This document shows, one piece after another, positions 1-8,853 of a DNA stretch of 64,000 nt. This stretch comes from an uncultured bacterium (lineage in GTDB: Bacteria; Patescibacteriota; Minisyncoccia; Phycocordibacterales; GWA1-40-21). A model generated the notes under the pieces. That model did not search any database. It was not told where the DNA came from and saw only the letters and a program-made list of their open reading frames with translations. The DNA lies in NCBI GenBank assembly GCA_903822075.1, contig CAIJNK010000021.1:13112-77111 (forward strand), written 5' to 3'. The position numbers and the translations under genes were made by a program. The stretch's first letter is position 1. Each line of letters opens with the position of its first letter.

Positions 1-1
1 T

Positions 2-2887
2 TCAAACGACAAACTATATGGTTATGCCTGGGGGGAAAACATCGGCTGGATTTCTTTGACCTGTGAAAATGACCCTACAGCTAACTGCAGCGGAAACAGA
101 AATTATGGAGTCAGCCAGGATCCAAACAAAAAAGGAGCACTGACCGGCTACGCTTGGGGAGAAAATGTGGGCTGGATAGACTTTTCTCCAGATGGAGGCG
201 GAGTAAATATCAGTACTTCTACAAGTGGCACTAACACCTTGAGTGGCTTTGCTTGGGGAGAAAATATTGGTTGGATTTCTTTTTCTGGCACCGCACAGGA
301 CGCCAGCTCTTATGGTGTAAATACCACCTGGACATATCCTAGCTACACTCTTAGATACATCGCCGGCGCAAATGGTACGATTATCGGTTCCTCTACTCAG
401 GTGGTAAAAGTTGGCGATCACGGAACAACAGTTACCGCTTTGCCAAATTCTCATTATCACTTTATCAGTTGGAGTGATGGTGCCACCACAACCACCAGAA
501 CAGATCTGGCTGATTCTGGAAATGTTTCCCTTACGGCCAATTTTGCCATTAACACCTTCACTTTTAGATATACAGCCGGAGTCAACGGTACGATTACCGG
601 TTCCTCTACTCAGGTAGTAAATTTTGGAGCAAACGGAACAACGGTGACAGCCAACCCAAATTCAGATTACAATTTCACCAGTTGGAGTGATGGAATTTTG
701 ACAGCCAGCCGGAGTGACCTAAACGCCTCAAGCAGTCTTTCAGTCAGTGCTTCTTTTGTGGCAAATGGCAATACCGGTGGTACCGCAATACCAGATTGTC
801 TATATGATAATCCAATTTGGAGTGCTTGTAGTGTCACTGGTTCACAAAGTAGAACCCTCACAGCCACCAACCAAACCTGTACTGGTGATGTATCAAAAGT
901 TGAAACTCAAAATTGTACCCCAATTATTGAAATATCCATTAATCCATCGGCCACCACAACAATCTTCGTTGGTGATAAAGTTCAATTTACCGCCACGGTC
1001 ACCGGAACCACCACGAACCAAGTGACTTGGATTTTACCCGATGAAGCCTCTGGAAGTTTGGATAATAACGGCCTATATACAGCCCCACAAACTGGAGGGG
1101 TATTCCACATAATGGTTCGACCACAAGCAGATATTAGTAAGTCAGCTATCGCGCTCGTCGATGTCCGATTAAAACCAGTTTGTACTGATTATGTGTACTC
1201 TGATTGGTCAACTTGTATTAACAGTATACAAACACGAATAGCTTCTTCAGGCATCCCGGTATCCTGTTCTGGTGGGGTCGCTGAAGTCCTTTCAAAATCT
1301 TGTGTTATGGCCACTTCAACCGCTACCACTACCACCACCTGTACTGGGTATACTTATTCTGACTGGTCAACTTGCATAAATAGTACCCAAAGCCGGACTG
1401 TACTAACCAGTTTACCGGACAACAGCTGTGTCGGTGGAGAAAAACAAATCACAGAACAAGCTTGTATTGTTAAACCAGTGACTGTGGCGTCAGATATAAC
1501 CGTCTCCCCTTCAACCCTGAGCGCCAATGATTCCTTCACCGTTAGTTCAGACGGTTGGCAAGCAAATAGTAACGTAAAAGTTTCTTTGTATTCAAACCCC
1601 ATTGTTCTGGGTAATCTGACTGCCAATTCCAATGGTGAAGCAAATGGTTCGTTCGATATGCCAAAAAACCTTGAATCAGGCGAACACACCGTTCAATTAG
1701 AAGGTATCGGGCAAAACGGATTACCGAGAGTAATGACGACAAAAATTACTTTGACCGGGTCCGACACTGGACCAAACGGTCCGACAAATAGGAATGTAAC
1801 CAATAACCGTTCAGCTGGTGGAACCAGCGGCATACTGGCTATATTGAATATCGGTAATTTTGTCACCGATAACGTTGCTGTCCTTGGTACCACCACAGAA
1901 AGAATTGTCTTGGGTGCCCAAAAAGTTCTAGAGAGTAAGCCTGGAGATATTGCAGCTAAAACCATTACAACCGCCGGAGTGGTTGGTGGCGGAGTTGCTG
2001 CCTCATCGGTATTTATTCTAAACGGCACCACAGTACTAGATATACTTTTCTTCCCATTAAAACTTTGGGGATTACTACTATCGGCTCTTGGTTTAAGAAA
2101 GAGGAATCGCCCTTGGGGAACCGTCTACGATAGCGTAACCAAACAACCAATCGATCCAGCTTATGTAACTCTTAAAAAAATTGGATCGCAGGAGGAAACG
2201 ATGTCCATTACCGACCTCGATGGCCGCTATGGATTCTTGGTCTCTCCTGGAAAATATACCCTCACCGCCAACAAGACAAACTACACTTTCCCTTCGAAAA
2301 AACTACTCGGACGATCAGCTGACGCCTTGTATAACAACCTATATTTTGGTGAGGAATTAGAGGCTCCGGTGGCCGGCGCCGTAATCAGCAAAAATATTCC
2401 CCTTGACCCAGATAAATTTGACTGGAACGAATTCGTCAAAGGTCAAAAGAAAATGATGAAGTTCTATTCCCGCAGGGAAAAAATAATCAGGATCGCCACG
2501 AATTGGATCTTTAGAATCGGCTTTATTGTCTCGCTACTTTCCCTATTCCTGGTTACCGCCCCATACAACTTCATTATTTTTGGTCTGTATCTCCTACTCA
2601 CGATACTCCGCAAATTCGGTCTCAAACAAAAAGCCTTAGGTTATCTGACGGAAAAAGACGGCACCCCTCTCTCCTTTGCTGTTATTCGAATATTTTCTCC
2701 AGAATTAGATATTGAGATAACCAATAAAGTGGCAGATAAAATAGGCCGATACTATTGCCTCGTGCCCAAAGGTAAATATTTATTAAAAGTGGAAAAGAAG
2801 AACGATGATGAGAGTTATTCCGTCGTTTATACTTCCCCAATCATCGATGCCTCAAACGGAATAATAAATAGGAACTTTATAGTCTAA
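2..2887 (+). CDS. Large modular surface/membrane protein, 5'-truncated by the window (G[YF]AWGEN[IV]GWI repeats, two InlB-B/Flg_new-like repeats, Ig-like domain, three Cys-rich modules, TM segments, carboxypeptidase-regulatory-like domains)
   Basis: The frame is open from base 2 (SNDKLYGYAWGENIGWISLTC...), so the TTG at 56 is not the real start. Repeats are visible in the translation. The C-terminal part has WGTVYDSVTKQPIDPA...TDLDGRYGFLVSPGKY and hydrophobic helices. Confidence 0.85.
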   Translation, partial: SNDKLYGYAWGENIGWISLTCENDPTANCSGNRNYGVSQDPNKKGALTGYAWGENVGWIDFSPDGGGVNISTSTSGTNTLSGFAWGENIGWISFSGTAQDASSYGVNTTWTYPSYTLRYIAGANGTIIGSSTQVVKVGDHGTTVTALPNSHYHFISWSDGATTTTRTDLADSGNVSLTANFAINTFTFRYTAGVNGTITGSSTQVVNFGANGTTVTANPNSDYNFTSWSDGILTASRSDLNASSSLSVSASFVANGNTGGTAIPDCLYDNPIWSACSVTGSQSRTLTATNQTCTGDVSKVETQNCTPIIEISINPSATTTIFVGDKVQFTATVTGTTTNQVTWILPDEASGSLDNNGLYTAPQTGGVFHIMVRPQADISKSAIALVDVRLKPVCTDYVYSDWSTCINSIQTRIASSGIPVSCSGGVAEVLSKSCVMATSTATTTTTCTGYTYSDWSTCINSTQSRTVLTSLPDNSCVGGEKQITEQACIVKPVTVASDITVSPSTLSANDSFTVSSDGWQANSNVKVSLYSNPIVLGNLTANSNGEANGSFDMPKNLESGEHTVQLEGIGQNGLPRVMTTKITLTGSDTGPNGPTNRNVTNNRSAGGTSGILAILNIGNFVTDNVAVLGTTTERIVLGAQKVLESKPGDIAAKTITTAGVVGGGVAASSVFILNGTTVLDILFFPLKLWGLLLSALGLRKRNRPWGTVYDSVTKQPIDPAYVTLKKIGSQEETMSITDLDGRYGFLVSPGKYTLTANKTNYTFPSKKLLGRSADALYNNLYFGEELEAPVAGAVISKNIPLDPDKFDWNEFVKGQKKMMKFYSRREKIIRIATNWIFRIGFIVSLLSLFLVTAPYNFIIFGLYLLLTILRKFGLKQKALGYLTEKDGTPLSFAVIRIFSPELDIEITNKVADKIGRYYCLVPKGKYLLKVEKKNDDESYSVVYTSPIIDASNGIINRNFIV
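343..762 (+). repeat. Intragenic tandem duplication, two ~71-aa units
   Basis: YTLRYIAGANGTIIGSSTQVV...SWSDG vs FTFRYTAGVNGTITGSSTQVV...SWSDG. The DNA motif ggtacgatta(t/c)cggttcctctactcaggt recurs 213 nt apart. Confidence 0.9.
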
Positions 2888-2902
2888 GCTGAAAATAAAA
2901 AC

Positions 2903-2966
2903 AGGCGGAAGGTTCTCGTAACGATTAGTCTTCGTTAAGTGAAGAAACCTTCCGCTCTTTTTTATT
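2903..2966. terminator. Bidirectional intrinsic terminator between convergent genes
   Basis: Stem gcggaaggtt/aaccttccgc with an A-tract before and a T-tract after. Confidence 0.75.
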
Positions 2967-2969
2967 CAA

Positions 2970-3374
2970 TTATTTCTTCCTGGCTCTAAGAATTCTTGAA
3001 GCCTCACCAATAATGCTATCTACAGTCATTGACGCTTTGATCAGAAAGCTGGTAGCACCCAAATCAAGTCCTCTCCGAATATCTTCCCTTTCACCTAAGT
3101 TAGAGAGAATAACCACGGGGATATCCTTGGTCTTATCATTTTTCTTCAGTCCGGCCAAAACGTCAAAACCGCTCATCCCGGGTAAAAGTAAGTCAAGAAA
3201 TATGAGATCCGGAATATCTGATTCGACAACAGCCTGGGCTAACTCACCACTCTCAACGTGATGAACGGCACAACCATCATCAATCAATTTCTTGGAAACC
3301 AAGCCACCAAGAAACTTGTCGTCCTCGACAATAACGATCTTTGTTCCGGGAGTAAATTTTTGTAAATTTTCCAT
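2970..3374 (-). CDS. Single-domain response regulator (receiver)
   Basis: IVIVEDD, phospho-Asp in FLDLLLPGMSG, ILSN, FLIKA. Confidence 0.92.
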   Translation of the reverse strand: MENLQKFTPGTKIVIVEDDKFLGGLVSKKLIDDGCAVHHVESGELAQAVVESDIPDLIFLDLLLPGMSGFDVLAGLKKNDKTKDIPVVILSNLGEREDIRRGLDLGATSFLIKASMTVDSIIGEASRILRARKK

Positions 3375-3417
3375 AGTTGTTTAATTATACACGTTTTGTA
3401 AAAACAAGGCAAATCAA

Positions 3418-3822
3418 CTAAAATGACAGATTGCTCATATCCAGATTGGCCGCGTTCAAGCTATCATTTACGCTTTTGATTAAGCCTTGAGTATAAGCGT
3501 AAGCGAGCCAGATTATAATGATGGTCGACAGAATCAACAGCGTCCAGGCCACCTCCCCGATTAATTTGGCTTTAGGGTCTTTAGACCGGAAATATTTCAA
3601 TCCTGGCCAGCGGGTAATAAAAAGAAAACAAATCAGTGGCAAGATAATACTGAATAAATATATTCCAAGTTGAGTACCCAAACCAGTGGCGAGCGGAGTA
3701 GAATTTATTTTGGCGCCACAATTTGGACAAAAGTAATATGTCGGCAGGATGGGCTGGTGACAGGTTTCGCATATTTTCTGTGTCAATTCGTTGATATTAT
3801 TTTCTGTAAGATTTGTTTCCAT
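3418..3822 (-). CDS. Zinc-ribbon membrane protein
   Basis: CETC...FCPNCG followed by two hydrophobic helices. Confidence 0.75.
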   Translation of the reverse strand: METNLTENNINELTQKICETCHQPILPTYYFCPNCGAKINSTPLATGLGTQLGIYLFSIILPLICFLFITRWPGLKYFRSKDPKAKLIGEVAWTLLILSTIIIIWLAYAYTQGLIKSVNDSLNAANLDMSNLSF

Positions 3823-3910
3823 AATTCACCTACTATTCTAGCAAGAATAAATTTTATTAGCTATTCCACTCAATCCGCCTGTTATTAAAACGATTGTATT
3901 TTTTAATATT

Positions 3911-4348
3911 TTATTTATAAGCAAATGGTAGTAATTCACTCTGCGAAGTTATCATTATTCTTGATTTATCACTATTCGAACAGATGACAATCAAATCATG
4001 ACCGGAAATATTTACCACCTCCTGCAATACTTGCCGGCAATTACCGCAAGGCGTTACCGGATTTACTATTCCCCCTTCTTTTTTCCCAATAATAGCTATA
4101 GCTACCAAATCCCTCTTACCCAGACTGTTAGCGGTAATAACAGCTGCCCGTTCGGAACAAATACTCGAAGGCGAGGATGAATTTACATAACTGGCGCCAG
4201 TAACTACTTCACCCGAAACCGCCCGAACGGCCGCCGCCACTTTAATCTGACTATTATACGGATTGTACGAATTCCCTAAGGCTTTTTCCGCTGCGTCCAA
4301 TAAATCTTTATGTTCCGGCGATAATTGTAAATATGATGTTTCAGTCAT
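3911..4348 (-). CDS. cdd: Cytidine deaminase family protein (divergent)
   Basis: SYNPY, ICSE (CxE), TPCGNCRQ, ELLP. Confidence 0.8.
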   Translation of the reverse strand: MTETSYLQLSPEHKDLLDAAEKALGNSYNPYNSQIKVAAAVRAVSGEVVTGASYVNSSSPSSICSERAAVITANSLGKRDLVAIAIIGKKEGGIVNPVTPCGNCRQVLQEVVNISGHDLIVICSNSDKSRIMITSQSELLPFAYK

Positions 4349-4451
4349 TCTATTTTATGATTAATAATACCAACTAGATATAGTGGCCATTATACTTGAA
4401 ATAAAGTGATTTTTAAAGTATCCTACATGAAGCTAATGACTTTAGCTATAT

Positions 4452-4522
4452 TGCGGGTTCGTCTAAAGGTAGGACACATCCCTCTGAAGGATGGTATTGG
4501 GGTTCGAGTCCCTGACCCGCAG
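4452..4522 (+). tRNA. tRNA-Gln(CTG)
   Basis: Acceptor tgcgggt/acccgca, anticodon arm catcc-ctCTGaa-ggatg, T loop ttcgagt. Confidence 0.93.
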
Positions 4523-4577
4523 CTTGTAAGGTTTTAAATTCGATGTTATATTTTTATATATCAAATAATTTAATTAT

Positions 4578-5126
4578 ATGTCAGTAAAAATTACATACTT
4601 TGTACATGGTACGACAACAGATAATGAAAAACATCTCTCATCTGGATGGAAAGATGTTGAACTTTCTGATCTTGGAGTAAGCCAATCGATTGCTTTAAAG
4701 GATCAAACTAAAGATAAAAAATTTGATGTTGTATTTTGTTCTGATTTGAAACGCGCTCAAGATTCAGCAAAAATTACCTGGGATGGAGTTTACCATATTA
4801 TTTCTGATGCAAGACTTCGCGAATGTAATTATGGAGATTTAAACGGAGCGTCGTCAGATATTGTTGAACCAATGCAGGAAGAAGAATGTATCACTAAACC
4901 ATTTCCAAATGGTGAGAGTTATGAGGATGTAAAAATTCGTGTTGCAGATTTTCTTCAATTTCTAAAAAATAACTACAATGGTAAAAATGTTGCTATTGTC
5001 GCACACAAGGCTCCTCAAATAGCGATTGAAGTATTGATTAATGGTAAGACATGGGAACAGGCTCTAGCAGAAGACTGGAGAAAGACTAAGTCGTGGAAAC
5101 CAGGCTGGGGATATGTACTAAACTAG
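4578..5126 (+). CDS. Histidine phosphatase (PGAM-like) family protein
   Basis: FVHGTT (RHG variant), CSDLKRA, LRECNYG, GES, IVAH. Confidence 0.85.
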   Translation: MSVKITYFVHGTTTDNEKHLSSGWKDVELSDLGVSQSIALKDQTKDKKFDVVFCSDLKRAQDSAKITWDGVYHIISDARLRECNYGDLNGASSDIVEPMQEEECITKPFPNGESYEDVKIRVADFLQFLKNNYNGKNVAIVAHKAPQIAIEVLINGKTWEQALAEDWRKTKSWKPGWGYVLN

Positions 5127-5178
5127 TTCCAATTTTATTCCACACGGCTTCTGGTCGAGGAGGTGTTATAATATTCCC

Positions 5179-5421
5179 ATGTATTTTACCTACATCCTTG
5201 AATGTGCCGATAAAACTTATTATGTCGGATGTACAAATGATCTTGAAAAAAGACTGCGGCAACATAATGGTTCTAAATGCGGCGCACATTATACCAAAAT
5301 ACGCCGACCAGTTATTTTGAAATACCAGGAAGAATTTAAGACATTAGCTGAGGCAAGAAGAAGAGAAGCTGAGATAAAGAGCTGGAAAAGAGAAAGAAAG
5401 ATTAACTTATTTGAAAAATAA
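5179..5421 (+). CDS. Small GIY-YIG nuclease (UPF0213/YhbQ-like)
   Basis: YTYILEC...[17 protein letters not shown]...GAHYT...REAEIK. Confidence 0.9.
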   Translation: MYFTYILECADKTYYVGCTNDLEKRLRQHNGSKCGAHYTKIRRPVILKYQEEFKTLAEARRREAEIKSWKRERKINLFEK

Positions 5422-5491
5422 CCGAGGTAGATATTCCCTGCTCCGCAGCACTTGAATTTTGCAAAAAATATTGTAGTATCATACCGTGTTT

Positions 5492-6382
5492 ATGACCAAT
5501 AATAACACTCGCATAATATCTTTACTCGAAGAGGAACTTATTAAGTGCCACGCACCGGTGACAGGCTATTGCGTTACAACGGCGATTGTTACAGAAAAAG
5601 ATACATACATTGAGCATAATCATGAAGACCAAGACTCAGTTGTCTTTGAACATGCAGAGATAAGGGTATTGGAGAAAATTTTAAAGAAAGAACAAAGCCC
5701 AATAATTAAAAGGGTCTACATGTTGGGTGGCGGGGCAATCAAAAAAATAAAACACTATACGCCATGCTACGCTTGCACCCATAAAATGGCTCCATACATC
5801 ACTTCCAATACAACAGTTACACTTTTACCATTACTAGCCACCACTGCGCTGGTAACGTTTAACTACAATGAACTCCTCTCAAGTTATTCGGATGTGCCTT
5901 ACTCAAAATTTAGTAACACAAGCAAACAAGGAATACAAAAAGAGTTACGTGATAAAACTATTTTGAAGGGTAAAGATATCGATTTTATTGCCGACCTAAT
6001 ATTACTTGGTTTAAGAGAAAAGTTTGAGTTTTATTTGACCGGCAGTTCAACCGGGAGGGGCGGGGTCAGCAGATTACTTATGGAAAAAACTAAAACCAGT
6101 TATGGTGACATTGATATTATTGTCGTTGTTGCGGCCGATTATTACAAGATGGCAATAGAAAATATTGAAAAAGTCATTACACTACATTATGGCGCACACC
6201 TTAAAGAAGAAAGGCTAGTTCCCTTACGTCATAATAAATTAGGAGTTGTCCTTGGGAAGGCATATTACAGATGTAGTAATTCAAACGAAAAAATGTTAGA
6301 TTTTACTTTCAGTACGGATTTTAAAGGCTCATTATCCTACCATGCCTATGAGTTGAAAAATTGGTTCCATCAGTTGTCATAA
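5492..6382 (+). CDS. Fusion: cytidine-deaminase-fold domain + Pol-beta-superfamily nucleotidyltransferase domain
   Basis: N-half has HNHE, HAE, TPCYAC and ELL. C-half has YLTGSS, YGDIDIIV and MLDF. Alternative GTG start at 5486. Confidence 0.75.
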   Translation: MTNNNTRIISLLEEELIKCHAPVTGYCVTTAIVTEKDTYIEHNHEDQDSVVFEHAEIRVLEKILKKEQSPIIKRVYMLGGGAIKKIKHYTPCYACTHKMAPYITSNTTVTLLPLLATTALVTFNYNELLSSYSDVPYSKFSNTSKQGIQKELRDKTILKGKDIDFIADLILLGLREKFEFYLTGSSTGRGGVSRLLMEKTKTSYGDIDIIVVVAADYYKMAIENIEKVITLHYGAHLKEERLVPLRHNKLGVVLGKAYYRCSNSNEKMLDFTFSTDFKGSLSYHAYELKNWFHQLS

Positions 6383-6418
6383 CACTTTCGGCCACACGTT
6401 ACAAAGTGGGTAAATTAT

Positions 6419-7069
6419 ATGATTAAAAATTTAAGAGAAAAGCTTACTAGAATCGCCGAGGAGAGACAAGTAAAAGATGACCCCTCGCACGATTTTCAAC
6501 ATGTGAGACGAGTTTTGAATTTGGCAGTCAAAATAGGCAAGAGCGTAAATGCCGATGAAGATATCGTCATTCCGGCGGCCTTGTTCCATGATACGATTGT
6601 CTATAAAAAGAATTCCCCAGAAAGTAAGAATGAGGCAAACGAAAGCGCTGAAGTCGCCTCCAGAATACTGAGTAGTATAGAAGGATATCCTAAAGAAAAA
6701 ATTGCTAAGGTTGAAATTTGTATCAAACAATGTTCTTTTTCTAAAGGAATCAAGCCGGATTTACTGGAGTCAAAAGTCCTTCAGGACGCTGACCGATTAG
6801 AAGCGACCGGAGTTATCTCAATCATGAGAACTTTTTCCTCGTGTGGACACATGAATAGGCCATTATATGATCCACTGGACCCTTTCTGTGAAAAAGGGAC
6901 GAAAGATTTTAGATCCGGTATTGACCTCTTCTACCAGAGACTATTAGTTGTGGAGAAAACAATGCATACCGAACTGGCAAAGAAAATGGCCGGAGCCAGA
7001 ACAGACTTTTTAGAGAAGTTTCTAAAACAATTAAAAAAAGAGCTTACGGAATCAGATGTTTTAAAATAA
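6419..7069 (+). CDS. HD-domain phosphohydrolase (YedJ-like)
   Basis: SHDFQHVRRV, LFHD, LQDADRLEA. Confidence 0.9.
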   Translation: MIKNLREKLTRIAEERQVKDDPSHDFQHVRRVLNLAVKIGKSVNADEDIVIPAALFHDTIVYKKNSPESKNEANESAEVASRILSSIEGYPKEKIAKVEICIKQCSFSKGIKPDLLESKVLQDADRLEATGVISIMRTFSSCGHMNRPLYDPLDPFCEKGTKDFRSGIDLFYQRLLVVEKTMHTELAKKMAGARTDFLEKFLKQLKKELTESDVLK

Positions 7070-7100
7070 AACCCCTGGCACATTACTGCACCAGGGGTAA
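7068..7100. terminator. Hairpin between convergent HD and dcd genes
   Basis: acccctgg/ccaggggt inverted repeat preceded by an A-tract. Confidence 0.6.
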
Positions 7101-7119
7101 CTAATCCGGAAAGAACTTC

Positions 7120-7812
7120 TCAGAGTTTGTCTCGGGAAAACTTCGGCAACATCATAAATGGTGACCAAGCCGCCATCATCTGCTCGGTATTATCAGTCGT
7201 CTGATATTGTCCACCGGCGGTGGAATAAGACTCGTCGAGCGGGTCAACCTGATAGAAGGCAATCTGGGCCACCCGCATCCCGACCACCAGAACCACTGAT
7301 GTATCTTTGAGATGATTACTCATCTCCATGGTCCAGCGGTTACAGAAACCTAGGTCTCCCCAACCGGCGCACTTACAAACAGTGATACCAATCCGACCCA
7401 TGGAACTTCTAGCCCTCATCTCCGTGGTCACGCAGTTCCGACCGCCAATAAACTCATCCGTGTGGGCAAGAATGGTTTCCCCCGGCCCGAGAACGATGAG
7501 CTGGTCTGTAGACAAAATATTCCGCAAGCTACCATTTTGTTTCATCCACTCATGAGCCCTAATTGCCTGTTGGGGTTCTCCCCAGTACTTCTTTACGTCA
7601 TCAGAGTCGAAGGGATTAAAAATCCTCCTAGAGGACACTCCACGAAACGGCTGTTCTTGGAAAAAGTTCGGCCCGAGTCTCACATCGTAGCTTGTGGTTT
7701 GAAGATTGCTATTGTTAAACGGAAAAATAAAGATATTCCCGTTTTCCAAATGATGATTAATCATTCCCCGACTCAACAACGAACGTCCTGGCGCCTTCTG
7801 TCTTCTTTTCAC
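7120..7812 (-). CDS. dcd: dCTP deaminase
   Basis: SYDVRLG, ARSSMGR, AGWGDLGF, TMEMSN, RVAQIAF. Likely GTG start at 7812 after AAAGGA. Confidence 0.88.
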   Translation of the reverse strand: MKRRQKAPGRSLLSRGMINHHLENGNIFIFPFNNSNLQTTSYDVRLGPNFFQEQPFRGVSSRRIFNPFDSDDVKKYWGEPQQAIRAHEWMKQNGSLRNILSTDQLIVLGPGETILAHTDEFIGGRNCVTTEMRARSSMGRIGITVCKCAGWGDLGFCNRWTMEMSNHLKDTSVVLVVGMRVAQIAFYQVDPLDESYSTAGGQYQTTDNTEQMMAAWSPFMMLPKFSRDKL

Positions 7813-7908
7813 AATGTATTTCCTTTCCTGTTTAAGCCTTCTAAAGCAAGGATACTTTAAAAGCAAACTTTTTTCAAGCCAACAACAAAACTTAGCTAGT
7901 TTATATCC

Positions 7909-8844
7909 CTATATCTTCAAATATCGCCTGACAGCCAGATAACTGGAGATAGCACCCAAAGCAATGCCGGAGCCAAAAGTAATCAGGAAAATCTGGCCGA
8001 AATTCTTCAGGTAGAAATCAAACAAATCCAGACCAACAAAGAAGTTCTTAGAGAGATTACCGATCCAGTACGTCAAACCGAGAAATACAGCCAACACTAA
8101 AGTTGCCGAAACGATCCCGTAAAGAATTCCCGAAACGACAAACGGTCCTTTTATGTAACGGCCGGAGGCTCCCACCAAACGCATAACAGATATTTCATCT
8201 TTGGAAATAAAGATGGCGAGTCTAATGGTATTGAAGGTGATGATAATGGAAATGATCAAGAAAAGAATGGCCACCCAAAAACCAACGGCATTCACAGCAT
8301 CCGTAATTTTAACCAGTTTTTCAATCACTGGTTTATTTTGACAATAATTGACTTTTTCAATGATGGAAAACTTACTTTCAAAAGCCGAACAATCCGAACC
8401 TTTTAAGTCAAAAAAGTTGGCAATACTTTCATACTGGGAAGGGTCTTTGGCTTTGATATCAAGACGGGCGCCAAAAGGATTACTCCCAAGCTCATTTAAG
8501 GCATCGAGAATCAAACCGTTGTCCTTCCATTTTTCCTGAAAGTCAGAAAGGACTTGCTCTTTGGGAACATATGTCACCTTCTCCACTTCCGGCAAGGCAT
8601 CGGTAGATTTCTTAAGGCTCAAAATATCCGACTCGGCTACATCCGTATTGAAATAAACTTTCACATCTACCTTGTTTTTTATTTCCTGCAGGGAATAGCT
8701 CAGAATGGCACTCATAAAAATGAGCGATGTAATCATAAAAAGCGTAATAAACATCACGACGAGCGAAGATAAGGAAACAAAACCATTACGCCAAAAATTG
8801 GTGAGACCCGCTTTAAAAACTCTTTTTATTTTCGTTAAAAACAT
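7909..8844 (-). CDS. ftsX: Cell division permease FtsX
   Basis: NTIRLAI..EISVMRLVGAS..IKGPF motif; directly downstream of ftsE. Confidence 0.93.
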   Translation of the reverse strand: MFLTKIKRVFKAGLTNFWRNGFVSLSSLVVMFITLFMITSLIFMSAILSYSLQEIKNKVDVKVYFNTDVAESDILSLKKSTDALPEVEKVTYVPKEQVLSDFQEKWKDNGLILDALNELGSNPFGARLDIKAKDPSQYESIANFFDLKGSDCSAFESKFSIIEKVNYCQNKPVIEKLVKITDAVNAVGFWVAILFLIISIIITFNTIRLAIFISKDEISVMRLVGASGRYIKGPFVVSGILYGIVSATLVLAVFLGLTYWIGNLSKNFFVGLDLFDFYLKNFGQIFLITFGSGIALGAISSYLAVRRYLKI

Positions 8845-8853
8845 ATTTCGGTA

